Assembly: GCA_026416665.1 (NCBI GenBank)
Contig: JAOAET010000014.1
Coordinates: 557-64,556, forward strand
From: Candidatus Omnitrophota bacterium
Lineage (GTDB): Bacteria > Omnitrophota > Gorgyraeia > Gygaellales > Profunditerraquicolaceae
DNA length: 64,000 nucleotides
Direction of reading: 5' to 3'
In this document: positions 7,005 through 16,907 of the stretch, in pieces
Layout: each line of letters starts with the position of its first letter
How positions within the stretch are numbered: the stretch's first letter is position 1
Made by a program: the position numbers and the translations under genes
Notes under the pieces: model-generated
What the model saw: only the letters and a program-made list of their open reading frames with translations
Told to the model about the DNA's origin: nothing
Database searches by the model: none

Positions 7005-9017
7005 TTACCGCCGTGTAGATAAAAATACACGTATAACCTCATCAATTAGTCGGATATCCGCTATATCTTGTATCCCAAGAATATCTAGGCTATCATTTGT
7101 TATTTTTAGCGCATAACAACGTTTGTTTGGGAAGCTTAAAAAATCCGCTTGTTGTTTCTTCTCTTCTTTTAATGCCAAACCAAATTTTTGGGAAAGCATT
7201 TTCTTAAATGCCTCAGCATAAGAAACAGCATCGTTGAGTGTTTTCCATTTAATCTGTAACAGAAATAAGCGATTACCGTTATTATGTCTGTATATTGAAA
7301 TTTTATCGTTTTGCCAAGCACCACAGATTTCTTCTGCTTCCTCTTTGGGCAGAATCTGGCGTAAAGTCATTAAAAGGTAAAACTCACCTATACTATCTTC
7401 ATATTCTTTATGCCAGCCTTCCGGAAAAGTTAATACGTTGACCTCTTCCTTCTGTTGGGCAGATTTATCTGCTAAAGACTGTTCAGTAACCGAGCGATAT
7501 GGATGTAACAGTTGCTGTGTGGTAGAAGGCGGTTTGGCAAACAATTTATCCAAATCATTCCATTGTTTATCACTAAGGTAATATTGAATATAATTAGCAC
7601 CATATCCATATAAACTGTATTGCAACTTATCTATTGTCTCTTTATTGTCTTTTAATATCTTATTCTCGATTAAATCAAAGATATCCCCCAAAGATTTGAA
7701 ACTCTTTCCATCCTTACTTAATATATACTCTAGTTGAATAGCTTTTGCCTCGCCTTCTAAAAGCATATTTAAGGCAGTGATATTATCTTGCGAAAGCTTA
7801 TCTTTATTTATTCCAAGTATCTCTGGTGAATAGTAAGTATGTTGATAAGCATGTACGAGTTCATGAACTAAAACCGTTTCTGCTAACTCAGGACTAAGCC
7901 ACTGCCCTAAGAAAATCTTTTTCCTCTGTTTACTATACAAACCAGCAACAGAAGCTATTAAAGAATCAACCAACATCTCACGGTAATTTATTGCCTGCGG
8001 AACTAATCCCAACCATTTCAGAATCTCTTCTTGAATAGCAAAATATTCTGTATTATATTCTTTTTCAAGGTCCTCTAAAACATAAGAACGTAAACTTACT
8101 CTATCTATAAATTCAATCCCAAAATCCTCAAATGGCTTCCATCCACGTAACTGAGTAATCCATTGAATTAAGGTAGGAATCTTCTGTTTTATTTTTTCTC
8201 TCTCACCTAATACCTCTTGTTGAATATCTGAAGGCACATCAAATTTCTCTGTTGGATTTTGTTTCTGATAATGATTAAGTTGTAAAAAATACATCCCATT
8301 GATTTTTCCTTCAATTCGCGCCAAAACTGTAAAAAAATCTGTAGTATCTATCCAGATAGTCTTAGTAAGTTGTCCGCTTATACCTTTTTCTTCTAAGATC
8401 TTTGGGTTAATTGTGTAACGTAAAACATAACACTTCTTTCCAAAACGTTCTTCTATTGCCAGTATTTCTTTAGTAACAGGTTCTGCCTCTTCTTGTTGGA
8501 CATAAAAAAGAGATTGTAAAAACTGATACGTCAATATTTCATTTTTATCTTTATCAGATATTTGCAGCTTTTCTCTTTGCCATTTTCTTTTTTGCGCATC
8601 CCAAACAAAAGAAAGACCGTCGTAATCATACCCTTGCGCCCAGTCAGCAGTAGAGATGCCATAAGGCACAGTTAAAGAAACACTGATTTTGGTATCTGTT
8701 TTTATATTTTCGAGTCTATCTATCAGATCCTTACTATTTACTCTTATATGAAACAACTCATGTCCCAACCAAACATCAGAAATAACTATAAACTTAGGAG
8801 TTTGCAAAAACGCACTGGCTGTTTTATATAAAAGATAGTCTGAATCTATTTGGGTATTTAATGGTAACCATGAAGTATTTTTACCTCTCTGCTGTTGTTG
8901 GGCTATCTCACTTAAATATTGTCTCAGTTGCACCGCCTCCCACCCTAACAAAAAAGGTAAGCATAAGAGTAAGTAGAATTTTCTTTTAATTTTTTCTTTT
9001 ATGGGCTTAACCATCAA
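7005..9017 (-). CDS. secreted HExxH zinc-metallopeptidase-like protein (MA-clan, gluzincin-like), 670 aa
   Basis: N-terminal hydrophobic signal or anchor (FYLLLCLPFLLGW). HELVHAYQH motif followed ~30 aa later by LLEGEAKAI, a candidate third Glu ligand. No recognisable named peptidase family. Confidence 0.45.
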   Translation of the reverse strand: MMVKPIKEKIKRKFYLLLCLPFLLGWEAVQLRQYLSEIAQQQQRGKNTSWLPLNTQIDSDYLLYKTASAFLQTPKFIVISDVWLGHELFHIRVNSKDLIDRLENIKTDTKISVSLTVPYGISTADWAQGYDYDGLSFVWDAQKRKWQREKLQISDKDKNEILTYQFLQSLFYVQQEEAEPVTKEILAIEERFGKKCYVLRYTINPKILEEKGISGQLTKTIWIDTTDFFTVLARIEGKINGMYFLQLNHYQKQNPTEKFDVPSDIQQEVLGEREKIKQKIPTLIQWITQLRGWKPFEDFGIEFIDRVSLRSYVLEDLEKEYNTEYFAIQEEILKWLGLVPQAINYREMLVDSLIASVAGLYSKQRKKIFLGQWLSPELAETVLVHELVHAYQHTYYSPEILGINKDKLSQDNITALNMLLEGEAKAIQLEYILSKDGKSFKSLGDIFDLIENKILKDNKETIDKLQYSLYGYGANYIQYYLSDKQWNDLDKLFAKPPSTTQQLLHPYRSVTEQSLADKSAQQKEEVNVLTFPEGWHKEYEDSIGEFYLLMTLRQILPKEEAEEICGAWQNDKISIYRHNNGNRLFLLQIKWKTLNDAVSYAEAFKKMLSQKFGLALKEEKKQQADFLSFPNKRCYALKITNDSLDILGIQDIADIRLIDEVIRVFLSTRR

Positions 9018-9436
9018 TTCTTATTATTTTCCTCTTGTGACTGAGACTTCAAAATACTGCTTACTTTTATAACGTATTCTCCAACACTATCTTTTAACCT
9101 AATTTCTTCTGGTTTGATATTGGTAATCTCTTTATTATCTACATAATCGCCTATTTTCAATATCCTCCCATTGACAATAACACAGCTTTTTCCAGCATCA
9201 GGCGCATATATAATGGCAGTAATATTAAATCCATCTAAAGGAATAGCCGTTCCTTGTTCCTGAAATAATTTTTCTTCGTCACTGGTAAGAAAAGGATTCT
9301 CTTTACCTTTTAAGATAATAGGCCCTTTCTCCACAGTAACCTCAGTTTGAGTAAAAGAAAAAACCATAAGTAAATTAGAAAAAGTTAAAGTTGTGGTTAC
9401 ACCGATAATCTTTATAAGAAGACTTAATCTAGCCAA
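9014..9436 (-). CDS. PilP/GspC-like small periplasmic protein
   Basis: N-terminal membrane anchor. C-terminal beta-rich segment with VIVNGRILKIGDYV, resembling PilP/GspC secretin-interacting domains. 4-nt overlap with the downstream gene. Confidence 0.35.
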   Translation of the reverse strand: MARLSLLIKIIGVTTTLTFSNLLMVFSFTQTEVTVEKGPIILKGKENPFLTSDEEKLFQEQGTAIPLDGFNITAIIYAPDAGKSCVIVNGRILKIGDYVDNKEITNIKPEEIRLKDSVGEYVIKVSSILKSQSQEENNKN

Positions 9437-9620
9437 GATGCCCCCTCATTATTTCTTTTAGTTTTTTTAAGTCATCCTCAGTGTATTGACGCCAGCGGTT
9501 AATAAGATTTCTTCGTGCTTTAGGAAAAATTCCTTTTTTCTCGTAGCGGAACAGGGTTTGTTTAGAGATTCCAAGTCTCTCAGCTACTTCCTGTGCAGTA
9601 AACATTTTGCTCTCACTCAT
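9429..9620 (-). CDS. small helix-turn-helix DNA-binding protein (MerR/excisionase HTH_17-like)
   Basis: FTAQEVAERLGISKQTLFRYEKKGIFP is a canonical HTH. 63 aa. SD-like AAGGTAGG upstream of the ATG. Confidence 0.6.
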   Translation of the reverse strand: MSESKMFTAQEVAERLGISKQTLFRYEKKGIFPKARRNLINRWRQYTEDDLKKLKEIMRGHLG

Positions 9621-9721
9621 ATAACCTACCTTTCTGAGAAAAATTACTGTTTTATTTTCTTTAAAATAGCATTTTACCAGTATCCCTTATTGTTTAATAT
9701 TCTACTTCTGTTAAAACTGAT

Positions 9722-9747
9722 AATACTTGATAGTATTTGATAGTATT
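9722..9747. repeat. operator-like repeat: inverted repeat AATACT-tgat-AGTATT followed by a tandem direct repeat of TGATAGTATT (x2)
   Basis: Read directly from the sequence in the 185-nt intergenic region upstream of the HTH gene. Confidence 0.5.
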
Positions 9748-9805
9748 GTAAACTACCAGATATAAATTGTCAAGATTTAATTTTTTATAATCCCTTTATT
9801 TTTAT

Positions 9806-10639
9806 TTAGTTAGAAAAAAGACGCACTAATAATTTTCTATCCTCTGCCGTCAGATTATTAATTCGAATCCCTAGCAAATAATTTTTATAGTTTACCATCG
9901 TGCTGCGCAGGATTTCTCCTTTTGCCTCTATTACACAAGTTTCAAACCCACATTTTTCGAACCCATAGAGTGTAAAGGAAACATATATATGAGGTGGTAA
10001 AAATAAAGGCATCTCTGCTCCTAAAGCAGAACAATCCGCCGAAACATTTAAAACTTTTCCTTCAATAACTCTGGGAGCAAACAATTTAACTTCTTCATCA
10101 ACAAGAGTAAGCTGTATTTTACCAGAAACAGGTAATCTATCTGCCTCTCGCCATTGACTAACCCCACTTAAAGGATTATGCTTAATAAGATATCTAGTGA
10201 TTTCAAAATTCTGTTCATCAAGTTTGTAATAGAGATCTATAGCAGCTAAAATTTCGTGAGTAGTAGCAACCACCGGCTCAATCGTTAATCCTGTAATTTT
10301 GGAAACATCGTCAATAAGAGCTGCGTTTAAAGGATTAGCACATGCTAAAAACAAAGTATTGCCTACCTTATATAAGGGAAAAACCTTATTTTGTAAACAA
10401 TAATTTTCTTCTAAAAGATGAAGCACATGTGGCGAAATTGCATAATCAGAAATACGTACAAATGCAAAACCACCCATTTGTGCAAAGAAACAAGCCAGCT
10501 GTTCTTCTGATAAAAACCCTAATTTTACCAGACATATCCAAATAGATTTTTTACTGGTGGTGGCTTCAAGGCGAGCAACATCAAGCTGCCATTGTTCAAT
10601 CCATTTGTTCTCTAATAACTCTTTTTCGAGATCTAACAT
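9806..10639 (-). CDS. T2SSE_N (GspE N-terminal-like) domain fused to a PilZ c-di-GMP-binding domain
   Basis: N-terminal region is T2SSE_N-like (LVKLGFLSEEQLACFFAQ...VFPLYKVGNTLFLACANPLN). C-terminal region has canonical PilZ motifs RxxxR (READR, residues 164–168) and DxSxxG (DCSALG, 202–207). Confidence 0.6.
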   Translation of the reverse strand: MLDLEKELLENKWIEQWQLDVARLEATTSKKSIWICLVKLGFLSEEQLACFFAQMGGFAFVRISDYAISPHVLHLLEENYCLQNKVFPLYKVGNTLFLACANPLNAALIDDVSKITGLTIEPVVATTHEILAAIDLYYKLDEQNFEITRYLIKHNPLSGVSQWREADRLPVSGKIQLTLVDEEVKLFAPRVIEGKVLNVSADCSALGAEMPLFLPPHIYVSFTLYGFEKCGFETCVIEAKGEILRSTMVNYKNYLLGIRINNLTAEDRKLLVRLFSN

Positions 10640-10648
10640 AAATTAAAG

Positions 10649-11875
10649 TTACTTCTTAAATAACTGTATCATATTCCATAATGGTAAAAAAATAGCCAGT
10701 GCCATACCCATTACTACCACCCCCAAAACAGCTGTCATCAAGGGTTCAATTAATGCCGTGAGATTTTTTACCGTAGTTCGCACTTCCAGCCCGAAGTATT
10801 CACATAAAGAATCTAACATCAAAGGTAATTGTCCACTTTTTTCTCCTACCGACACCATATAACCAACTAACCTTGGAAAAAACTTACTGTTAAGGATACC
10901 TCCAGATATACCCTTTCCATCTGCAACTGCTCGTTTAATAATATTAACCTCATTCTCTAACACAACATTACCAATCGTCATTCCTACAATCTCTAACGTC
11001 CTTAGAATAGGTAAACCAGATTGGTATAAAACATTTAACATACTGGCAAACCGTAACATAGTTATTTTAGTATAAAGTTTACCAAAGATAGGGATTTTAA
11101 ACTTTAAGCTATCCCAAAAATTACGCCCAAAAGCAGTTTTAATAAAAACGCGCCATAATAATGAAAATACACCAATACCTGCTATAACCGCATACCAATA
11201 ATGGCGTAAAATGTGTCCAAATAAAATCATTATTTGTGTGGGTAAAGGCAGTTGGGTGTTGGCCTGGGCATAAATTTTGGCAAACTGGGGCATAACAAAT
11301 ACTGTCAATACCACCACCGCCACAATCATAGCAATTACTACCATAATAGGATATCGTAAAGCCGCTGATATATTGGAACGTGTCTCTAAATCTTCTTCTA
11401 ACATCTCTGCCAAACGCATCAGAACCTTATCTAAAATTCCTGCACTCTCCCCCGCTATCACGGTATTTACATAAAGTTCAGAGAATATACCTGGATGCTT
11501 TGCCAATGCCTGAGATAAACTTGTTCCTGCCTCTACATCGCGTAAAATTTCTTGTAGCGCTTTTTTTAATGCAAGATCTTCTGCCTGTTCAGCAAGTACT
11601 CCCAATCCTTCTAAAATAGGCACCGCTGCTTTAATGATAGTGGCAAATTGCCGAGTGAATATCACCAATGTGCGCATATCCACTGTGCCGTGGGTTTTCT
11701 TACCTGCTCCAGAAACACCTTTTTTAATTTGTGTTTTTGCCTTAAAAGTGATACTCACAGGTAAATATCCTTTTTTTGCTAATTCAGTAGTTAAAGCCAT
11801 TTCACTGGTAGCTTCCATTTCCCCTTTCACGTATTTTCCCTGACTATCTACTGCTTTATATATATACCAAGTCAT
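10649..11875 (-). CDS. PilC/GspF inner-membrane platform protein
   Basis: 408 aa. Typical N-terminus (YKAVDSQGKYVKGEMEA), two T2SSF repeats and TM helices. Confidence 0.85.
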   Translation of the reverse strand: MTWYIYKAVDSQGKYVKGEMEATSEMALTTELAKKGYLPVSITFKAKTQIKKGVSGAGKKTHGTVDMRTLVIFTRQFATIIKAAVPILEGLGVLAEQAEDLALKKALQEILRDVEAGTSLSQALAKHPGIFSELYVNTVIAGESAGILDKVLMRLAEMLEEDLETRSNISAALRYPIMVVIAMIVAVVVLTVFVMPQFAKIYAQANTQLPLPTQIMILFGHILRHYWYAVIAGIGVFSLLWRVFIKTAFGRNFWDSLKFKIPIFGKLYTKITMLRFASMLNVLYQSGLPILRTLEIVGMTIGNVVLENEVNIIKRAVADGKGISGGILNSKFFPRLVGYMVSVGEKSGQLPLMLDSLCEYFGLEVRTTVKNLTALIEPLMTAVLGVVVMGMALAIFLPLWNMIQLFKK

Positions 11876-11898
11876 ACCCTCTACCCTTAAATCTTATT

Positions 11899-13716
11899 CT
11901 ACTTTCTATTACTTAACCAATTGGCAATGCGCTTTTCATAAGCAGCTATCTGAGATTCATCCACTTTTACTGGTTGCTGAGATAAAGTACTTGCAGGCGG
12001 AGAAGGAATTGCTGGACCAACAAGAATTTCCTCAGAAGTTGATCGTAAATCAAGATGTTCTTCGCAAACCCTAGCTACTTCTTCCAAAGTGGTTATACCT
12101 TGCAATACCTTTGATAAACCATCTTCACTTAGGAGTTTCATCCCTTTTGCTTGCGATTTTTTACGTAACTGCACAGTAGATGCACCCGCAATAATCATTT
12201 CTCTAATCTCATCATCCACCACCATTAGTTCAAATAATCCGGTTCGTCCGCGATAACCTGTCCCTTTACAATAATCACAACCCTTTCCCCTGTATAAACG
12301 AATATTCTTCTTATGGCTTAATCCCCATTTTTCCAAAACTGCCTTCGTTGGTTCATATGACTCCTTACAATGTTCACAGATAACCCTTACCAACCTTTGT
12401 GCCATAACTCCAATAAGAGAAGCTGAGATTAAAAAGGACTCCACTCCCATATTAACTAAACGCGTTACTGCTGAGGGTGCATCATTGGTGTGCAAAGTAG
12501 AAAAGACTAGATGTCCAGTTAAGGCAGCCTGAATAGCAATAACTGCTGTCTCTAAATCTCTTATCTCTCCGACCATAATTACATCAGGATCTTGACGCAG
12601 AATTGCCCTTAAACCATTTGCGAAGGTAATTCCTGCCTTAACATTTACCTGTATTTGTCGAATCAGTCCGAGACGGTATTCTACAGGGTCTTCAATTGTA
12701 ATGATATTACGGTCAATAGTGTTGATGCGCATAAGGGCTGAATATAAAGTGGTAGTCTTTCCACTACCTGTTGGACCAGTGGAGAGAATAATTCCGTACG
12801 GTCGCGAGATAAGCTCTTCATACCGCTTAAGCATATCTTGGGTAGAAAACCCTAATTTTTCCAGCCCAATCATTACTGAGGCAGTATCCAAAAGCCGAAT
12901 CACCACATTCTCTCCATAAATAGTGGGAATGGTTGAAACACGAAAATCAATAATTTTATCATCTATCTTTGACTGAAAATGGCCATCCTGGGGAATTCTA
13001 CTTTCCGCTATATCCATACCTGCCAACACCTTAATGCGTGAGATAATTGCTCCTTCCCAATCTTTAGGGGGAGGCGGTATTTCATGAAGGATACCGTCAA
13101 TTCTAAAACGAATTCTTAGAATTTCTTGTTCTGGTTCAATATGTATATCCGATGCCCTGTCACGAACCGCTTGTGAGATAATTAAATCTACTAATTTTAT
13201 AATTGAAGCTCCTTCTTGAGCAGATTTGGCAGTGGCAGAGGAAACTGCTACTTGAGCATAGTCAGTCATAAGCTTTTCGTCTTGGGGCCTGCGTTTATAC
13301 ACTTTAATACGCGCCTCTTCTATATCTTCGGGACTGGCCAAATAGGGCTCTACATGAAGACCAGTTTGCATCTTTATTTGGTCAATAGAAAAAATATCCC
13401 CTGGATCCACCATTGCTACGTGAAGCACTCCTTGCTCCAAACGAAATGGTACAGACTGGGTCTCAGTAGCTAAGGATTCAGGCATACGTTCTATCATTTC
13501 TTCGGGTGCTTTAACAACATCTAATTTAACGAAGTTAAATCCAAGTTTTCTGGCAATGGCCTCATAGAGTTTGTGGCGATTGACCAACCCCATCTCTACC
13601 ACTACCTTTACTAGTGGACGTCTCAGTTTCTTAATCTCCTCTTGTGCCTTATCTAAATTTTCCTGACTGATTAATTCCTCCGAGATAAGTAGTTGGGCTA
13701 ACTCCATGTCGTTCAT
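11899..13716 (-). CDS. GspE/PilB-family type IV filament assembly ATPase (ATPase 2)
   Basis: Walker A GPTGSGKTTT and tetracysteine CEHC...CDYC. N-terminal T2SSE_N domain without the MshEN motif. Confidence 0.9.
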   Translation of the reverse strand: MNDMELAQLLISEELISQENLDKAQEEIKKLRRPLVKVVVEMGLVNRHKLYEAIARKLGFNFVKLDVVKAPEEMIERMPESLATETQSVPFRLEQGVLHVAMVDPGDIFSIDQIKMQTGLHVEPYLASPEDIEEARIKVYKRRPQDEKLMTDYAQVAVSSATAKSAQEGASIIKLVDLIISQAVRDRASDIHIEPEQEILRIRFRIDGILHEIPPPPKDWEGAIISRIKVLAGMDIAESRIPQDGHFQSKIDDKIIDFRVSTIPTIYGENVVIRLLDTASVMIGLEKLGFSTQDMLKRYEELISRPYGIILSTGPTGSGKTTTLYSALMRINTIDRNIITIEDPVEYRLGLIRQIQVNVKAGITFANGLRAILRQDPDVIMVGEIRDLETAVIAIQAALTGHLVFSTLHTNDAPSAVTRLVNMGVESFLISASLIGVMAQRLVRVICEHCKESYEPTKAVLEKWGLSHKKNIRLYRGKGCDYCKGTGYRGRTGLFELMVVDDEIREMIIAGASTVQLRKKSQAKGMKLLSEDGLSKVLQGITTLEEVARVCEEHLDLRSTSEEILVGPAIPSPPASTLSQQPVKVDESQIAAYEKRIANWLSNRK

Positions 13717-14357
13717 TTCTTCTGTCCTTCTTGCAATTGTATAATCCAGCTCTTTACTAAATTTGCATCAGGAGCATCGCCAGAGATATTAAGATATTGT
13801 TGGTAGTATTTAATTGCCTTATCTTTGTTACCCAAATAATTTTCATATAAAACAGCCAGATTATAACAGGCATCTTTATCTAAAGGATTTAAATTAAGTA
13901 CGAGTTTAAACGCCTCTTCTGCCTGAATAAACTGCCCTTGGAGTAAGTACTCGATACCCAAATTATAGTAATAGTCAGGGTTTGATGTTTCTTTTTTTAA
14001 TTCTGTAAGATAATAAGTAAGGGCTTTATCCATTCTTTTCTTCTCTTCTTCGGTTGCTTTATGCGAAAAGTCTTTCTGCGTTGTTTCTGACTTAATAGGC
14101 AACTCCGCTGGCATCAATGCTGATAGGCCTTGTATCTCTTGCAGTAAAATTTCTACCCGATTAAACTCAAGATTTGCTGCGGTATAGTTACCCTCTTGAA
14201 TATAAATCTTACCCTTCTCATAATGTTGTTGCGCTTCAGCAAGTTTCTGTTGCTTTAATTGCCAAAAATCTTCTGTAGCAATAACTAACACATTGAAAGA
14301 TAGTAAAAATAATCCAATAATTAAAATTATCCACTTTTTTATTAGCATCTTTTGCAT
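13713..14357 (-). CDS. TPR-repeat protein with N-terminal membrane anchor (PilF/pilotin-like?)
   Basis: Signal/anchor followed by TPR-like repeats (AANLEFNRVEILLQ..., YYYNLGIEYLLQGQFIQAEEAFKLVLNLNP, ACYNLAVLYENYLGNKDKAIKYYQQYL). Confidence 0.5.
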   Translation of the reverse strand: MQKMLIKKWIILIIGLFLLSFNVLVIATEDFWQLKQQKLAEAQQHYEKGKIYIQEGNYTAANLEFNRVEILLQEIQGLSALMPAELPIKSETTQKDFSHKATEEEKKRMDKALTYYLTELKKETSNPDYYYNLGIEYLLQGQFIQAEEAFKLVLNLNPLDKDACYNLAVLYENYLGNKDKAIKYYQQYLNISGDAPDANLVKSWIIQLQEGQKK

Positions 14358-14360
14358 AGA

Positions 14361-15473
14361 CTATCTCTTCTTTTTAGAATCAGGAATTAGCTCTACTTCT
14401 ACCTTAGGTTCACCTTTTTTTGTAGGTAAATGGCCTTGTTGATTTAGCTGGTTATCAGGTGTCTGCAGAACCTCACCAATACGCCCTAAAAGCGTAAGGT
14501 ATTTATCTTGCAAATCTAACATTTGTTGATTTATCTTGTCCAAAGCCATCTGTATGTTGTTTTTTTCTAATTCTACTGCTATATATTTTTCACGTAAGAT
14601 AGCAATTTGTCGGTCTTTGTCCTTGGATTCAGAACGCGCATCAAAAAGTTCGTTTTCCAAGTGCATAATCTTTTCTTGTAAAGAAAATATCTTCTTTGAG
14701 CGGTCTTCCAACTCCTCTCTACTGTTGGCCAATGCCTCCTTGGCTTCTTCATATTGTTTAGCCAATAGTTGTCTTTGGTTTTCTGATTGTTGCAGTTCAT
14801 CTTCCAGTTTCCTAATTTTCTCTTCCAAAGGTTTTGGGTCAAAACGCTTTGTCTGCTCAACTGTGACTTCCTGCAAACTCGCTACAGAAAGAGGGGTATT
14901 CTCTAAAATCTGCAAAAGATAGTTATTAACCGAGGAAAGCTCTTTAGAGACTGTCTCAAGTTGCAGACGTAGTAATTCTTCCTTACCCCTAGAAATTTGC
15001 AGACTTTCTAAAGCTGTTTCCACATGAGCAAGTTTATCTTTAATTGGCTCTATTAAGAGAAACTTCTCTTTTAGTTGAACTATCTGCTTTCTAAGAAATC
15101 TGTTATGTTTTACAAGCACAAGTAACTGCTTCCTAAGGACAGAAAACTGAATTATCTGTTGTTGTAGCTTTTGAAGCTGTAGGGTCAAAAGATGGTTCTG
15201 CCTGAGGGCATCAGTAAGCGTCTGATTAGTTGTTGTAGAGCTACGTTCTACTTCTTCTAACTGTTTTTTTATCTCCTGCTCCTTTTTAACAAACTTATCA
15301 CTTAATTCTTTATAATAGTTGAGCTCTCCTTGTAACTTATCAAGTATTAACTGTTGCTGTTTGTTTTGCATAATACTTTGAGTAAACTCTTTCTGAAGCC
15401 CAGTATAGTAAAACAAAAGCGCACAACTACAACTTATTACAATAACCACAAAAAATGTCCTTTCAGCGAACAT
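14361..15473 (-). CDS. membrane-anchored long coiled-coil protein
   Basis: N-terminal TM helix followed by ~340 aa of heptad-rich Q/E/K/L sequence. Sits between the TPR gene and the secretin. Confidence 0.45.
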   Translation of the reverse strand: MFAERTFFVVIVISCSCALLFYYTGLQKEFTQSIMQNKQQQLILDKLQGELNYYKELSDKFVKKEQEIKKQLEEVERSSTTTNQTLTDALRQNHLLTLQLQKLQQQIIQFSVLRKQLLVLVKHNRFLRKQIVQLKEKFLLIEPIKDKLAHVETALESLQISRGKEELLRLQLETVSKELSSVNNYLLQILENTPLSVASLQEVTVEQTKRFDPKPLEEKIRKLEDELQQSENQRQLLAKQYEEAKEALANSREELEDRSKKIFSLQEKIMHLENELFDARSESKDKDRQIAILREKYIAVELEKNNIQMALDKINQQMLDLQDKYLTLLGRIGEVLQTPDNQLNQQGHLPTKKGEPKVEVELIPDSKKKR

Positions 15474-16872
15474 CTATTATTTTCCTTTTTTCTAACTTAA
15501 ATGGTCTCTGTTGAACAAGAAAATTATTTTCTTTGTCTATCACAGATTTATCGCCATCTTTCAGGATACGTGCAGTAACAAAAATTAATAGGTCTGTCTG
15601 TTCTTCAGGCTCTTCTTTACTTCCTTTTTGTTTATAGGTAAAGATTTTACCTACAAGAGGTAAAGAACTCAAACCCGGTATCCTCGTCTGTGAAGCATAT
15701 TCCTTGGTTTTGACTAATCCTCCTAAAACAATGGTCTGGCCATCTTTAATTTGAACCTCTGTCTCAGCAGTTCGCGTCTGAATTATCGGACGTTGATTGA
15801 CCCCTTCTCCGATATAATCAAATATATTGGAGACTTCTGGTTTTAACTTTATCTTAATATAGCCATCAGGACTAATCTGAGGCGTAACCTCTAAGTTAAT
15901 ACCTATATTCTGTTCCTCCCAACCAGTAATTTCCCAAGCACCCGTTGTCTCATTAAGAGTGTAAGTAGCAATAGGCACAACTTTACCCACATTAATCTTT
16001 GCTTTTTGGTTATTTACTGCTATAACTCTTGGGGCAGCAATTAATTTTGAATCCGTGCGATTTTTTAAGAAATTTAAAATCGCTGTGAATGAAGAAAAGT
16101 CTAGTGTCCCTAATACAAAATCACTGGTAGTTGCATAAGGAAAACTATAAGGACTATCGGCAGGGAAACTAGAACCACTTGAGACAGGAAATAAATTTTT
16201 TGACAGTTCACCTTTTCCTTTTGGGTCAAAAGGAAAGGTTGTCTTGCGAATAGCTCCCTGTAAAGAAACAGTGGTGCTCCAGTTAATTCCTAGATTTTCG
16301 CTGGTTAAAAGAGAAGTCTCAATTAATCGTGCTTCAATAAGTACCTGCCGATTGGTTTCATCTAAAGCGGGTAACATCGCCTCTATTTTGTTAAGGACTG
16401 AAACCGTATCAGTGACCACCAATGAATTAGAACGGCTATCTGCCTCTATAGAACCACTGGGACTGAGAACTTTGGAGAGAGTATCTTTTAGTTGCATAGC
16501 ACTTGCGTAGTTAAGTTTAAAAAGTTTGGTTTGTTTACCCTCTCGTTCTGCCTCTTCAATAGTAGTAACTTTATACACATTATCCTTCTTTGTATAGGCA
16601 AAACCATTAACCGTAATGATAGAATCAAGGGCTTGATCAATAGTCACATTGGAAAGCTGAACAGTCACCAAACCTCTTACATTCTCAGAGAATACGATAT
16701 TTAGGTTATATTGTTTGGCTAATTGTCTTAAAATATCTTTGATATCCACCTCGCGAAACTCTAATATTTCTATAAGCGGAGTAGATACTTCTTTTTGTTG
16801 AGCGAAGCTAAATTTGATAATTACCCCTGCAACAAAGCTAACTACTAACAAACCTAAAATCGTCTTCTTCAT
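15463..16872 (-). CDS. secretin (PilQ/GspD), N0+N1+secretin core
   Basis: STN/N0 VDIKDILRQLAKQYNLNIVF...TIDQALDSI, N1 NRQVLIEARLIE, secretin core AAPRVIAVNNQKAKINVG...IPGLSSLPLVGKIFTYK...DLLIFVTARIL. Confidence 0.9.
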   Translation of the reverse strand: MKKTILGLLVVSFVAGVIIKFSFAQQKEVSTPLIEILEFREVDIKDILRQLAKQYNLNIVFSENVRGLVTVQLSNVTIDQALDSIITVNGFAYTKKDNVYKVTTIEEAEREGKQTKLFKLNYASAMQLKDTLSKVLSPSGSIEADSRSNSLVVTDTVSVLNKIEAMLPALDETNRQVLIEARLIETSLLTSENLGINWSTTVSLQGAIRKTTFPFDPKGKGELSKNLFPVSSGSSFPADSPYSFPYATTSDFVLGTLDFSSFTAILNFLKNRTDSKLIAAPRVIAVNNQKAKINVGKVVPIATYTLNETTGAWEITGWEEQNIGINLEVTPQISPDGYIKIKLKPEVSNIFDYIGEGVNQRPIIQTRTAETEVQIKDGQTIVLGGLVKTKEYASQTRIPGLSSLPLVGKIFTYKQKGSKEEPEEQTDLLIFVTARILKDGDKSVIDKENNFLVQQRPFKLEKRKIIDVR

Positions 16873-16907
16873 AAATATACCCTTTTGCTATCATTTTCTA
16901 TAAAAAC

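Noticed and set aside
11899-13716. Whether one of the two GspE-family ATPases could be the retraction ATPase PilT
   Set aside because: Both are 560–605 aa with N-terminal T2SSE_N domains and a tetracysteine motif. Both are assembly-type (PilB/GspE/MshE), not PilT/PilU (~350 aa, no N-domain).
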